Below, in pieces: positions 28,917 to 45,589 of a DNA stretch of 64,000 nucleotides (position 1 is its first letter; each line of letters starts with the position of its first letter). The stretch is taken from the NCBI RefSeq assembly GCF_009914755.1, contig NC_060926.1; one strand, written 5' to 3'. The notes beneath the pieces were generated by a model, which saw only the letters and a list, made by a program, of their open reading frames with translations, was not told the origin of the DNA and searched no databases. The position numbers and the translations under genes are program-made. The DNA is from the human T2T-CHM13v2.0 reference genome, Homo sapiens.

Positions 28917-29989
28917 AAGATTTTTACATTGACTAGGACATAAGTCAAAGTAACCAGTGAATTTAGCCTTTCTTAAGCTCTAGGGTAAGCACTAAAAGAA
29001 GAGTAAAGTAGCACCTGACTTTCAACCTAATGAAGGAGGTAAGAAAGTAGTACAAAATAATATAAAAAGAAGAAAAAAAAACCCAAATCCAAACAGAACA
29101 ATAATAGAACATGTGGTATAAATAGTAAGAAATGAATAATATAGTAGATTTAAATTTTACCTGGAAAGGTAAAGTTGAATAGTTAAAACACTTCTCAGAA
29201 AGAGAAAAGTGGGAAGTATCATTCTACTCAGTTTGAAGAATTATTAGATAGCTGTAGGTAACAAGACTGTGTAGCATTTGCAAAAGGATAGACATGGGTC
29301 AATGGCACAGAATAGAGAACCCATAAACAGCTCCACACAAGTACAGCCAACTGATTTTTGATAAAAGTGCAAAAGCAATTTAAAGGATGAAGGATAATTT
29401 TGTCAATAAATGTTAATGGAAAAATTGGATATCCATAGCTGTCTCCCCTCCCTGCTAACCTCCACAACCCTGCCTCCACAAAAGGAATCTAAACCTCAGG
29501 AAAAATTAACTCAAAATGGATCATAACTTTAAGTGTAAAACTATAAAGCTTATAGAAGATACCATAGGATAAGCTCTTCAGGACTTATGTCTTGGTGACA
29601 AGTTCTTAGACATGACATCAAATGCAAGATCTATAAAAGAAAAGTATTCATAAATTGTTCTTCATCAAAATTAAAAACTTCTGCTGTGCAAAAGACTATG
29701 GTGAGGAAGATGAAAGGACAGGGACAGACTAGGAGAAAATATATGCAAATCACATATGTGTGGAATTGTCCAGACTCAACATTATGGCAATAAACAATCC
29801 AATTAGAAAATGAGCAAAATATATAAAGGGATATTTCACCATAGAGGATACAAAAGTGTCAAATAAGTACATGAATAGATGTTCAACATGACTAGCCATT
29901 AGGGAAATGAACATTAAGAGCAAATGGTACATTACTGTACACCTATTAGTATTGCTAAAATAAAAAATAGTAGTAAAATGCTAATAACG

Positions 29990-31118
29990 TCATTTTTAAA
30001 ATGGGCTAAAAGCTGAAATGGAAATTTCTCCAAAAAAGACATACTGGCTGGGCATGGTGGCTTATGACTGTAATCCCACCACTTTGGGAGGCCAAGGTGG
30101 GCAGATCACAAGGTCAGGAGTTGGAGACCAGCCTGGCCAATATGGCAAAACCCTATCTCTACTAAAAATACAAAAATTAGCTGGGTGTGGTGGCACGTGC
30201 CTGTATTTCCAGCTACTCTTGAGACTGAGGCAGGAGAATCTCTTGAATCCAGAGGCAGAGGTTGCAGTGAACCGAGATTGCGCCACTGCACTCCAGCCTG
30301 GGCAACAGAGTGGGACTTCTTCTAAAAAAAAAAAAAAGACATACTAATGGCCATCCAATACATAAAAAGATGCTCAACATCACTAATCATCAGGGAAATG
30401 CAAATCAAAACTAAAAGTAGATAGCACTTCATACCTGTTAGGATGACCATTATCAAAAAAAAATATGGTGAGAATGTGGAGAAATTGGAACACTTGTACA
30501 CTTTTGCTGGAAATGCAAAATAGTGAGGCACTATGGAAAACAGTATGGAAGTTCCTCAAAGTGTTAAATATAGTGCTACCATATGATCCAGGAATCCAGT
30601 TCTGGGTATTTATCTGAAAGAATGAAATCAAAATTTCAAAGAGATGTTAGCACTCCAATGTTCATTGAAGCATTATTCAAAATAGCCAAGATTAGAAACC
30701 ACCTAAATATTCATCGATGGATGAATGGCTAAAGAAAAATGTGATATATACATACAATGGAATAATATTCAGCCTTAAAATAGAAAGAAATCCTCCAATG
30801 TGACAATATAAATGAACCTTGATGACATTTTGCTAAACATAATAAGCCAGTCACAGAAGGACAACTACTGGATAATTCTACTTATATGAGATACCTAAAA
30901 TAATAGTGCGTAGAAAGATGATTACCAAGGCCTGGGGGAAGAGAAAAGTGTGAAATTTCTAATCAATGGGCATAAAGCTTTAATTATGAAACCTAAATAA
31001 TTTCTGGAGATTGATTGTACAACATTATAGAAAACAACACCATATTGTCCACTTAAAAAATGTGTTAAGAGGGTAGAGCTTACATTAAATGTTCTTGCCA
31101 CAGTGAAACAAAAACTTT
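29990..31118 (+). mobile_element. L1MA-type 3' fragment
   Basis: ctcaacatcactaatcatcagggaaatgcaaatc...ttaagagggtagagcttacattaaatgttcttgccaca. Confidence 0.75.
30046..30331 (+). mobile_element. AluSg-like
   Basis: Alu dimer with poly(A). Perfect TSD aaaaaagacatact (30032-30045, 30332-30345). Confidence 0.93.
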
Positions 31119-32153
31119 AAAAATAGTAACAATATCAAATGTTGGCTAGTATACAGAGAAATAAAATGTCTTACATATGGAAATGTAATCTGGTAAAGCC
31201 ACTCTGAAAAACAGTTTGGCAGTTTGTAAAAAAATTAAGCATACATTTACTATTCAAACCAGCAATTGCATTGTTGGGCATTTATCCCAGATAAATGAAA
31301 ATATACGTCCACAAACTACTACACGATTGTTCATAGCAATTTTGTTTGTAATACCCCAAACTGAAAACAACAAAAATGCTGATAGAAGAAAACCAATCTT
31401 AGAAGATTGTATACTGTGTAATTTCACTTCAATCTCAGAATGACAAAATTACAAACATGGAAAACAGATTAGTGGTTGTCACAGGTTAGGGATGGCGGGG
31501 TGAGGGAATGGGTGGGATTATGAAGGGGTAGCATGAGGGAAATCTTTGTGATGATGGAATAGTTTTGTGTTTTGATTGTAGCAGTGGTTACACAAATATA
31601 CACATGTGCGGAAGTTACATACTATGCACACACATTGTGCCAATGTCAAATCTTTGGTTTTGGTATGAGACTAAAATTATATAACACATGAACTGAGTGA
31701 AGAGTATAGGAGCTTTTTCTGTACTATCTTTATATTTTTCTGTGAATTATTGTTATTTTAAAATATAAACATTTTCCACAAATTTATTAGTAATTACATT
31801 AAATATAAATGGATTAAATGCTCCAATTATAAGACAAAGATTACCAGATTAGATTTTTGTTTTTAAAAGACAAATTCTGTTTATAAGAGATTTTTTAAAG
31901 CATTAGGATACAGGAAGTTTGAATAAAAAATGATAGAATTGGTAACCAATGAAAGGTGTTATAAAAATATTAATATCAAACAAAGTAGATTGAAGCCAAT
32001 ACTGTTATGAACTATCACATGGTTTGGGAGGTCTGTTTTTTGAGTATTTGCTTAGTGTAGTAGTATCACCCAAATCAGAATATCACTACAACTGAGATAA
32101 ACACAAAATAAAAATTTATACCTCAATAATGATGGAATAGAACCATTGCATTC

Positions 32154-32185
32154 TCACACACACATGCACACACACACACACACAC
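32154..32185. repeat. (CA)n microsatellite
   Basis: Direct observation. Confidence 0.9.
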
Positions 32186-32989
32186 TATGTTGCAAAAATT
32201 TACTTTAACATCAACTTAATTTAAATAACTTTTAAAAAATGGTAGTACATTTTTGTAGTTCATCTCATGACTATTGCAGGCACTCTCACCAAGTTATTAT
32301 ATACACTTGGTGTGGTTTTGTTTTGTTATCTGATTCTGTTCCCATCTGCCCTATGGACTGAGTGTGCAGTCTTCACCTTTCAGGAATAGTATATATCTTA
32401 TTGTTCTAAGGTTGCCTATTTATTCTCTTATTTTATTAGTAACCATGTCTAGATTTCATAAATATCTCAATTGATTTTGTACATCACTCTCCCAGCATCA
32501 TAAAACTCCTCAGAAAACAGGCAGTATTATTAAAACACAGAAAGTAAATGGATCTGTTTGGGAAGAAGAATATACAGTGGGTGGCTAGAGAAGGGAATAC
32601 AGAGAGTCTTTATAACCACGTGTAGAAATAGAAATAGCCATTTTGCATGTTAAAATCAGCTTATTCCATTTCAATCTCTCCCATGGATAACATTTTTCTC
32701 TTGCTGAGAAACTCTTCAATAATGATCCATCATGAGGAAAGCTTATTTGAAAATGGAAGCACAAAACGTTCCTCTGAGATTTAGATACCATTTAAATGTA
32801 TTTTTATGCCTACACAGTTTGAATGCTAATAGCTGCCTGCCCAACTCAAAGGCAAAGTGTTTACTCCTATTATTAAGAAATTTAAGATAATGATTAATCA
32901 GACCATTTTATATTCATTTATGTTTCATAAGACAATACTCATACACATTTTTATGTTTGACTTTCACAGTTCTCTGAATTTTTCATAGC

Positions 32990-33140
32990 AATAATCTTTA
33001 CTCCCATTTCCACAAAAGGAAACTGAGGCTCAGGAAGGCTGCGTGGCTTACCCAAAAGCACACAACTATTCTACAGCAAAGACTGGTCTCAAACCTAGCC
33101 TTCATCATTTCTTCAAAGTGCTGCTTTTACCCTGGCATGC
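32990..33140 (-). mobile_element. MIR fragment
   Basis: cccatttccacaaaaggaaactgaggctcagg...cttacccaaa. Confidence 0.7.
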
Positions 33141-35754
33141 TGCCTTCCTTTCTTTACTGATGGCACTGCAGTGGCCTTTGCCCTGGTGAAAGGGATATCT
33201 CAGGAAAAGTATACATACCCACTCCTTGGCACCTTCCTTATTCTGTGCTCATGCCTCAGGCGTCCCTTTCCCTGGAGTCCCACTAACACATGGGGGCCAG
33301 GCTGCTGTAGTCGGCCTGCTGCGAATTTGTCTTTCCTCAGCAAATTTATATGGTTGTTTCTGCAACAGTATGTAGTCCCATGGCAAATTCATGGCAGGCT
33401 GATTGCTGGTTTTCATTGCCTCCCAATGTCTGTTGAAGCCAAAGAGATTAAATAGAATCCAAATCAGGCTAAGTGCAGTGCCAACCACAGCCCACATGAA
33501 AAGCCTCAACTTTGAAAATAAGATTGGCAGCATTATCAGCATTGAATATTCTGATAAAATTTTACTGATAAATGACAACTAAAGACTGCTAAAGAATATA
33601 AATGAAAACAAAGTGTTGGTTTTATTCTCTTAATTTTATAAAGGCATTTTTCATTTGGATTCACATTATAGTCTAATTATTGATTTCATCACCGCAAATG
33701 AAAAACAGAAAGACTGCAGGAAGGCAAGAGCCAACAAAAATATACCAAAAAGTAGGGAGAGAGTAGAAGGAATGTAGGGAAATTGTATACAAGGGGCTTA
33801 AAGAACAGCCACCTTAGGAAGAGCTTTCTGGAACTAGGAAAGATGGAGCCTACAGCCACTTGCATTTCAAAAGCTCCCTTGGATTCAAAGCCCAGTGCCT
33901 GTCTTGAAGTAAGCTTGAGGGCTTCACAATGACCTGGTGGTAGGCTGAGCAATTTCTGGCTGATTGGATTCATCTAGCATGGCGACGTGGTCTTATGCAC
34001 ACAAAAACATTTAAAATCATTTTTACTCTAATTTATGCATTAAAAATAAACTGCCTTAGAAGTCTTTGCTTTTTTGATGACTTTTGGAGTGCCTGCTGTT
34101 TTAACCACACCACAGCAGAATCTGCTGTGTTATACAAAATTGGACTTTGATATAGTTAGGACGTAGACAAAGTCAACCTGAGAACTCCAAAGAAGATAAT
34201 CAGAAAAAAAATTTAAGATAGTAGGGAACAAGGTTTAATAAAAGAGGCTGGGATTTTTTTTAAAGGATATTGGAAAAGAAGGAAGATTTTGTTGTGGGAG
34301 TATGATGAAGAGTGGGTTAGACTAACCACTAAACTGGCCACTGCCCAGATCCCTTTGCTTAAGCTGTGTTTTCCAAGCTTCAGTCATTCTCACATGTTCT
34401 TGATTGTTCCCATATCAGCCTACAACTGTTCAATTTTTAAAATTTTGTTTTAAGCTATGTTTCGTTTTAAACATTTTTTATGTGACACACCATAAATGGA
34501 ATACCAACAGCACTTGTCATAAATAGAAATAAATGTAAAAGGAAATATAATACAATCAATTTCATTGAATTCTAGCAGTAAATGATTTTGTTTACCCAAA
34601 GTTCTAAGCTTGAAGCCTTATTTTTTATTGTTGGAAAGGGAGATTAACAAGTATAGGGAGAGTTTTAAAGTTATGTCATAACAAAACTGGTTCTATCCGA
34701 TAGTTGAAAGGAAAATTGTAAATTTATGAATATTCTTATTTTGTGAATGAATGCTAATAAATACTATGGTTACTATTTGATTTATTTAGCTGCAAGCAAT
34801 AAAAACCAATATTAGGAGGAAATGAAGTAGGTGACAGGAACTGATCACTGTAAGTCATTTCCAAGGGTAATTACGTGGTGAACCAGCTTCACTCCCCAGC
34901 CCTCCTCACACAGTTTGGAGCTCTCTGGTGGAGACTGAAAGATTCAGAGTAGGAAGCCTAATGGGCTTAGAGCATGTGTCCATTCCTTGAGTGGTGACAG
35001 AAGGGTGCTTGAGTTACAGTTCCACAAGAATGTGTGCAATGGGGGAGAGGTCATTTCTCCAAAGGAAATTCTAACTCTGGTACCACCAGAAAGGGAAATG
35101 AATGTTGCATAATCAAAAAAATGATAAATGCTTGCTGCCTGTGTTCGACACCCTAGTTGGACACCATCAGTGGTTTACCACCACCCCAACTTCAAGCTCT
35201 GGGGGCCACTGTGCAGAGAAGATTACTGTCCTAAGAAACTGTGAACACATGTTTTAGCTCCCAGGAGCCACAGGAATATCTGATACAGGGTGAGACTAGC
35301 CTGAAATTTATAAATTAAAAACAATTTCTGGTTTATGTCTTAATCTCCAATGAGACATTTATTAAAAATGAGCCTTAGGGCTCTGGCTAGCATTGACCAA
35401 TGAGCATAATTTTGACAAAATTGTTGGGGGAAAAGTTGAAGAGGTTCAAGGTCAGATTCTGAGTTGAGAGGAGACATATTACCCAGAGGAACCTGGAAAA
35501 AGGCCAGGATCACTAAAGGGTAGCATGTAAGGGAGGGCATCTGTGATAACCACTGTTGGGAGCAGGAGACAAAACAGTCTGGGCACTATAAACCAGATGG
35601 AAGGTTTTTAAAGTAATCCTAAGGACAATGAAAGCAGGTTAATGACATAATAAAAATAATCAAGTTCATCTTTTTTAAAAAAAGATCATGCCACAGGAGA
35701 GGCTTTCAGTAATGGTGGTCAGGGCAAACAATTAATTCATTAATTTTTCTGTTA

Positions 35755-36044
35755 TAGACAGGATTTTCCTCAGTTACCTAGGCTGGAGTGCAGTGACGTG
35801 ATCATGGCTCATTGCAACCTTGAACTCCCGTGCACAAATGGTCCTCCTGCCTAAGCCTCCCAAGTAGCTGGGGCCACAGGCATGCAGCACCACACCCAGC
35901 TAATTTTTTATTTTTTTATTCTTTGTAGAGATGGGGGTCTCACTGTGTTGGTCAGGCTGGTCTTGAATTGCTGAGCTCTAGCAATACTCCTGCCTTGGCT
36001 TCCCAAAATGCTGGGATTACAGGCATGGGCCAACCCACCCAGCC
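35755..36044 (-). mobile_element. AluJ (no clear tail)
   Basis: gatcatggctcattgcaaccttgaactcc and ttgtagagatgggggtctcactgtgttg AluJ diagnostics. Confidence 0.88.
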
Positions 36045-36349
36045 TTCAGGGCAGTTTAGACAAATCCTCCCACTGCTCATAAAAGCTGTATAAAAGTAGA
36101 AAAATATCTGACTAAAATAATTGGAATTATGACAAGGCTGTAATAAATTAAGGGGCCAACATCTTGGAGAAGGAAAACTCCATAGAAACATCTGATGATT
36201 CTGGAAAAACAAAACCACTGTGGAGTTGAGATACTGAGCAAAGATTTCAATAGATTTACAAGGCAAAAATGACCACGAGAATCCTTAAAGCCTAGAGCCT
36301 GAGGGAGCACCCTTCCCCCATACTGCAGATGAAACATACATAAAGCTTG

Positions 36350-37245
36350 AGACTGATTCTTTCACTTAGCATATTGTTTTCAGCTTTTATCCTTGAAATG
36401 TATTAGTGCTTCATTTTTATTGCTGGATAATATTTTCTTGCACAGATAAATGACATTTAATTTATCCATTCATAAATCGATGGACATTTGTTTTCACTTT
36501 TTGGCTGTTATGAATAGTGCTTCTATGAACAATCATGTACAAATTTTTGTGTGGACATATTCTTTTATTTCTCTTGGGTATATCCTAGGAATAGAATTGA
36601 TGGGTCATTGGCAAGTCTATGTTAAACTTTTAGGAACTGCAAGACTGTTTTCCAAAGTGGCTGCACTATTTTACGTTTTCACTGGCAGTATATGAGGGTT
36701 CCAATTTCTCTTCATTTTTGCCAACAATTGTTATTTTTCTGTCTTTGTGATTATAGACAAACTAGTGGGTATAATGTGGCATCTCATGGTAGTTTTGATT
36801 TGTGTTTTCCTAATGGCTAATGATGCTGAGCATCTTTTCATGTAATTATTGTCTATCTTTTTTGGAGAAATGTTTTTTTCAGAGCTTTTGTCTCCTTTAA
36901 AAATTGGGCTGTTTGTCTTTCTATTATTGAATTGTAAAAGTTCTTTATATAGTCTAGATACTAGTCCCTTAGCAACATATGATTTGCAAATATTTTCTTC
37001 CATTTTGTGATTATCGTTTCACTTTCTTGATGGTATCCTTTGAAGCACAAAAGTCTTCACTTTGCTGAAGGCCAATTTATCAATAATTCATTATTGCTTG
37101 TGCTTTGGGTGCCACAAGCAAGGAGGCTTTGCCTAACCCAAGGTCACAAAAATTTACTCATATTTTCTATGTGTTTTTTTAACTTTTACATTGAGGTTTA
37201 TGATTTATTTTAAGTTAATTTTTGTGTATAACCTAGGAAAGGGGA
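36350..37245 (-). mobile_element. L1MB/L1ME-type 3' ORF2 fragment
   Basis: Minus ORF KGLVSRLYKELLQ...MKRCSASLAIRKTQIKTTMRCH is homologous to the L1 ORF2 C-terminus. Confidence 0.85.
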
Positions 37246-37329
37246 AGCTGATTATTTACACTACTATTTGGATCTAGAATGTTTTAAGAGATAGGGAAAA
37301 TTGCAATGTGTGTGATAACAATTTACATT

Positions 37330-37895
37330 AAAAATTAAAATATTTTGTAATGTTTTCCAATTATAATATCTATTAAATATAACTCCATTATAATGCTTGA
37401 ATGTTATATATAAAATCCTCAGATAAATTTGACGATTGTTCTATTTGCCAAAATCTTAGTAGAGCAAAATTTCTCCAAATTGAAATTAAAATCATCTAAG
37501 ACCCATAATGTTTCATGAAAAACCTTTAAGTTTCTAAATAGACAACTAATTTTGTAAAATTTTTAATTATATTATTATAATAATTATTTTGCTGAAAAGA
37601 AGGCAAACATTTATTTTTCTGAAAAAATGTATCACACTTATAAATCAGGGATGAATTAATTTTATTTCTATTCCAAAAATTGTTGGTCCAAACAGAATGT
37701 CCAGGTCATGTGCAATAATAAACTTAGGCATCTTTGTATTTTGCTAAATTTCAGTCATATAAAAACCATGGTTTATGGTTTTATAAATATTTTTAAATAT
37801 CCTTTAGAAGATATAATTTTCAAGTCAGTTGCTATATGTTAGTCAATAGGTAAACAGCTATTTATGATGCATAAATTTTTAATCTGTAGCACCCT
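37330..37895 (+). mobile_element. hAT DNA transposon fossil (Blackjack-like) with transposase C-terminal remnant
   Basis: gtagagcaaaatttctccaaattgaaatta = VEQNFSKLKL resembles the hAT dimerisation motif ERSFSKLKL. ttttgctgaaaagaaggca = FAEKKA. The terminus aatctgtagcaccct is TIR-like. Confidence 0.55.
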
Positions 37896-38119
37896 CAAAT
37901 GCTTGGAGTAGAACTATAGAAATAGAACAGCAAATTCAATGCAAATAAAGTAAAATGTGGAAAAGAATGGGAAAAGACACAAATTACCAAAATAGAAAAC
38001 AGGCATACAATTGAGAGAATCAAGAAAGCAAATGAATAAGAAAGTCTGTAACAGGACAAGGAGTAAGAATATTGGGCAGACACACAGAACATAGATATAT
38101 GATTGATAATGCCATCAGT

Positions 38120-38830
38120 AATAAGGAAATGCAAATTAAAACTACAGTAAATAATGTCCAACTTGCCAATGGATACACAGATGGTAGTACATTCCTGCAA
38201 TGAAATATAATTTAGTAATAAAAAGGAACAAACTACCAATACATACAACAACATGGACGAATTCCAAAAGCATCATGCTGGGTGAAATAAGACAGAAACA
38301 AATGACTATGTACAGTACGATTCCATCTCCATAAAATTCTAGAAAGGGCAAAATTGTAGTGACAGCAGATCAATGGTTTTCTGGGTCTGTAGGTTGGGGA
38401 GAGGACTGACTACAAAGGAACATGAGAAAACATTCTGGGGTGTTGGAAATGTTCTATGTCTTTTGTGAGGTGGTGGTTACATGACCACTTATTTTTGTTA
38501 AAAGTCATTGAATTTATACCATGAAAAATTATAAGAAATGGAAATCAATGAATCGCTGCACTAGCATGGATGAACTTTTAAAGTATGATGTTGAGAAATA
38601 ATAATAATAAAAGAGTGCATATGATCAAGTTATACAAACAGGCAAATCTAAACGGTAGTGTTCTGAGTCAGGAGAGTGTGATCTCCCTTAAGCAGAAGAG
38701 AGGAAATAATGATTGCAAGAGGCCACAACTGGGTGAGGGGTTTGTGGCGAGCTAGCAGTGCTCTGGTTCCTCACCTAGCTGGTGGGTACCTATGTGAGTT
38801 ATCAAACTTTGTATTTATGTTTGGGGTCAC
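38120..38830 (+). mobile_element. L1ME-type 3' fragments
   Basis: aacaacatggacgaattcc...gactatgtacagtacgattccat...ggaaatgttctatgtc. Confidence 0.7.
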
Positions 38831-39115
38831 TTTTCTGATGATATATGACCTGAGTCTGGCTTGGGGAGGTGTGGGAAACAGGAGTGTGATAAATGTGTTG
38901 CTTTATTTTATTTATTTTTTAGATGAAAGATATTTGAGAAATATTACTTTTCTATAGGACTGATTTCATAGGAAGAGAAGCAATAATTAATTACTAGCTC
39001 AAAACTCCTGAAAAGGAGGGAGGACTTAGGATCCTGTTAGAAGAATTGGTTATAAACTAATTGAAGGGAGGAGGAGAGAATGTGGTGCACATGTAGGTTT
39101 GCAGGTGGAAAGTGA

Positions 39116-39870
39116 GTTATGGACTGAATTATGACCCTGATATAGTTTGGCTGTGTCCCCACCCAAATCTCATCTTGAATTGTAATCCCCACAATCCCCA
39201 CATGTCGAGGGAGGAATCCAGTGGGAGGTGATAGGTCATGGGGGCAGTTTCCCCATGCTGTTTTCCTGATAGTGAGTTCTCAGGAGATCTGATGGTTTTA
39301 TAAGTGTTTGACAGTTCCTCCTTCACATGCTCACACCCTCTCTTGACTGCCCCAATGTAAGATGAACCTGCTTCCCTTTCTGCAACGATTAAGTTTCCTG
39401 AGGCCTCTCCAGCCATGTGGAACCGTGAGTCAATTAAACCTGTTTTCTTTATAAATGACCCAGTCCCAGGTATATCTTTATAGCAGTGTGAAAACAGACT
39501 AATACAGAACCTCCCCAACCCAGAACTGTGTATGCTGAAGTCTTTACTCTCAGTATCATAAAATGTCACTGTATTTGGAGATAAAAAGTAATTAAGGTAA
39601 AATGAAGTCATATGGTTGGGCCCTAATGCTAACTGATATCCTTGTAAGAAGAGAAGATTAGGACATGGACACACACAGAGGAACACCAGAAGAAGAAACA
39701 GGGAGAAGGCAGCCATCTGCAAGAAAAGGAGAAAGGTCTCAGAAGAAACTAAACATGTGAACACCTTGATCTCAAACTTCTAGCCTCCACAACTGTGAGA
39801 AAATAAATTCCTATTGTCTAAGCCAGCCAGTCTGTGATACTTTGTAATGATAGCCCAGAAAACTAATACA
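39116..39870 (+). mobile_element. MLT1B/C MaLR LTR interrupted by a THE1-type LTR
   Basis: gttatggactgaattatg, resuming at about 39510 with gtatttggagata...aactgtgagaaaataaattcct...aaactaataca. Confidence 0.85.
39138..39506 (+). mobile_element. THE1D-like MaLR solo LTR
   Basis: tgatatagtttggctgtgtccccacccaaatctcatcttgaattg...cagactaataca. Imperfect TSD gaccc/gaacc. Confidence 0.92.
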
Positions 39871-40931
39871 GATGGCGTCTATTATCTTTAGATTGGAAAC
39901 AAAGTTCCTTCTTGGGAGGAAGAAGGGAAATTAGCAGATTTACAATTTAATAAACATTGAGAAATTTTAACTATTAATTTAAGAAAGTGGAAGGTCAGAC
40001 TGAGATGTAATTGTCTGAAGCATTGCTTCTCTATGTTGTGGGGCCCAGAAGAGCATGGTGAATTGAACTCATCCTTATGAGAAGAACTTCTGTTCTGAAC
40101 TCAGACCACAGCAGTTTGTAGTTTGGCCTCTTTGACAACTCACAATGGCTGAATTCCAGGTCTGAAGACAAACATGAATGACACATGAAATTGCTGTTGC
40201 TTTAAATAAGTAGCCACAACTGGCTCTGAGAGTAGGTCACAGAGGTGGAGTCACAAATGAGATCTGCACCTGGTATGCGGAAGGAGACTAAAAAGAGGGA
40301 CATTTGCCAGTAATCACAGAAATCAGGACAATGGGGTATTCATCTTAAGACACAACAGTACATAAAATTAGAGGAAACATCCACATATCTCAGTTTTTTG
40401 TCTAAGTCATAGGATTCAAAAACAAAGAGCCATAAAAGTATGTGAGTATCAAAAATGGTTGGGTGTACATCTTATTTTGCTAAATGCTGATTTCAAATCT
40501 AAAATGCAAATTAATGAGACAGTGTGAATGAATCGACATGAATTCATTTCTACTTTTTGAAATTAACTCCAAGTATTTGTCATAGAGAGGATTGCTCAGT
40601 AGTAGTAGTTACTTGTGTGTAACCATTAAATATTGTTATTTAATAGCATTTAGGCTAACCTTGTACATTGTAGGAATAGTTGCTTTAAGGATAATTACAG
40701 TACGTTGTCAAAATAAAGTGACACACAACTCAAGTTAGGCGTAAATAAGAGAGGTGGAAGTTTGACATACTCCCTTAAAAATGAACAGAAACAAGCCAAA
40801 ATTGTAAACATCTTGGAATTGAAACATATTATTCTGTATTTTGCTTAATTTTTTTAAAAGCATGTGTATATTTTCTTGATGAATATCAAGAGAAACAAAG
40901 TTAAAAATAGGTACTCAGAAGAACAGTAGGC

Positions 40932-43826
<2,895 letters not shown>

Positions 43827-44199
43827 AAGAACAGTAGGCAAAAATATAAACAGATTTTTTCTTTTTCTTGTCAGCTCTTTATTGTGCTATTGATAGAGAG
43901 ATAAAAGAAAAAGAAGTTTTGGAGAAATTTAAAACAAAAAATTTACCTTTGGGCTCAGGTGAAGAACAAAGGGTTGTAGACCCACTTAAGAGTCTTGATA
44001 CCAACTACATATTTAAGGCCAATTATTGAAGTATTATACTCAAAGCCTGTGTACGTAATTAATGATTAACTATACAGTTAAAGGTCTTAGATACCCAGTG
44101 AAATCTTGTTAACCGGATTTGTTTTACTTCACCACAATAATGAATGATTGATTTTTAAATTTAAACAATAAAAATGTATAAATGAAAAGTTAATATTCT

Positions 44200-44770
44200 T
44201 AAGTCCCCTTGTTCTACCTTCAGCTAACTAATGTTACAATTTGTATCTTTTTTTATATATTTCAGGTTTATTCAATTATATGCAAATGTGTTTTTTCTCT
44301 GTGTGCGTGTGTGCAAAAACAAAAATAATATCCAGCTAAACAGGTTACTCTGCAATTTGCTTTTAGCACTAAAAAATATGGCATGACCATCCAGTCCAAC
44401 CAATAGATATAGTATAATTATACTCATACTTATCAGTAGATCAGAGTATTGCATACTACTTACATGCACTCTCATTTACTTAAAACATTCTACAACGAAT
44501 TGACAACTGAAAATAAATTGAGGTTATTTTCAGTTGTTTGCTACTACAAATATTACTATAACACACATCCTTTCATGTATATCCTTACATAATGCTGCTT
44601 TTGGTTTTGAGTGTTGATAGAGTCCTATTATTTTCCCAGAAGTCTGTAGGAATCCACACTTCCACCAGCAAAGGATGAGGGTGCCCTCTTCCTTTTAGCA
44701 TTGCCTGCACTGGAGGTTTTCAGTCTTTCTCAATTTTGTTAATTTGATGGATGAAAAATAGTACCTCATT
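44200..44770 (-). mobile_element. L1ME-type fragment
   Basis: ttactctgcaatttgctttt, acttccaccagcaaaggatgagggtgccc, aatttgatggatgaaaaatagtacctcatt. Confidence 0.65.
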
Positions 44771-45184
44771 CTTGAAGGATATAGTGAGAGGTGTGTTCCA
44801 TATGAATACTGCCTTTAAGTTAAAGCAGGCCTTTGGGACTTTTAGCCTATTCTTTTGTTTATCATCTGCTAAATAAGATCTCAGAGCACCTAACAGAAAA
44901 AGTAAATTCATATTTTTTAGTATTTTGGCCACATGCATTCATTATATGATCTAGTCCTCAAACAAAACTCTGTTATAATCTCTATTTTGTAAAGGAAAAA
45001 TAAAAGATCCACAGAGTCATTAATTTCAAAACATACAGATTTTGGGGGTAGCTGGGATGAAAGTTCAATCCCACTTTGTCTTAACCCAAAAACCATGTTA
45101 TTTTTTTTCTTTTTTAATTACAAGGCCTATCAGATGGGAATCCTCACTGTGGTCAATATTGCATTTAAGCATCGGATAAAGCCA

Positions 45185-45563
45185 TGTAGGTAGGTAGGTG
45201 CATAGGTAGGTATAGATATGATTTATTTTAAGGAATTGGCACACAGTGTGAGGCCTGGGAAATGTGAAAACTGCAGAGCAGGCCACCGCCTGAAAACCCA
45301 AGGAAGAGTTAATGTTGAGTCCAAAGTCAGTCTGGAGGCAGGATTCCTCCTTTCTCAGGTGATCTGCCTTTTCCCTTAAGACCCTCAATTGATTGAATGA
45401 GGTCTACCTGTATTCTGGAGGGCAATCTACATTGCTTGGAATGTATGAATTTAAATACTAATCACATCTAAAACATACCTTCATAGAAATATCTAGTCTG
45501 ATGTATGACCCAAAACTGGCTACCATAGCTTAGCTAAGTTGGCACATAAAATTAGCCAACACA
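45185..45563 (-). mobile_element. MLT2 (ERVL) LTR
   Basis: gatttattttaaggaattggc...ctaagttggcacataaaattagccaacaca is the reverse of the MLT2 start. Confidence 0.85.
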
Positions 45564-45589
45564 CATAATATCACATAATGTTAATATCA

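Larger units (their letters stand above)
29160..31770 (+). mobile_element. L1MC/L1MD-type 3' fragment interrupted by an L1MA-type element
   Basis: ORF2 3' homology at 29160-29970, resuming at about 31120 with an L1MC-like 3'UTR. Confidence 0.65.
24950..32000 (+). mobile_element. Ancient L1M (ORF1 to ORF2 start) fragmented by nested insertions
   Basis: Degenerate ORF1 motifs at 25250-26100 (gaactcaatagatgagtttaatagcagattaga, aaagtgttgaaagaaaataactgccaaccc). ORF2 EN-like attacattaaatataaatggattaaatgctccaat resumes at about 31790. Confidence 0.65.

Noticed and set aside
34360-35120. Possible decayed hAT and LTR fragments
   Set aside because: Similarity is too weak for me to assign family or boundaries by eye.
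39129-39764. 211-aa minus-strand ORF
   Set aside because: It runs antisense through nested THE1 and MLT1 LTRs, has a non-ATG start and no recognisable domain.
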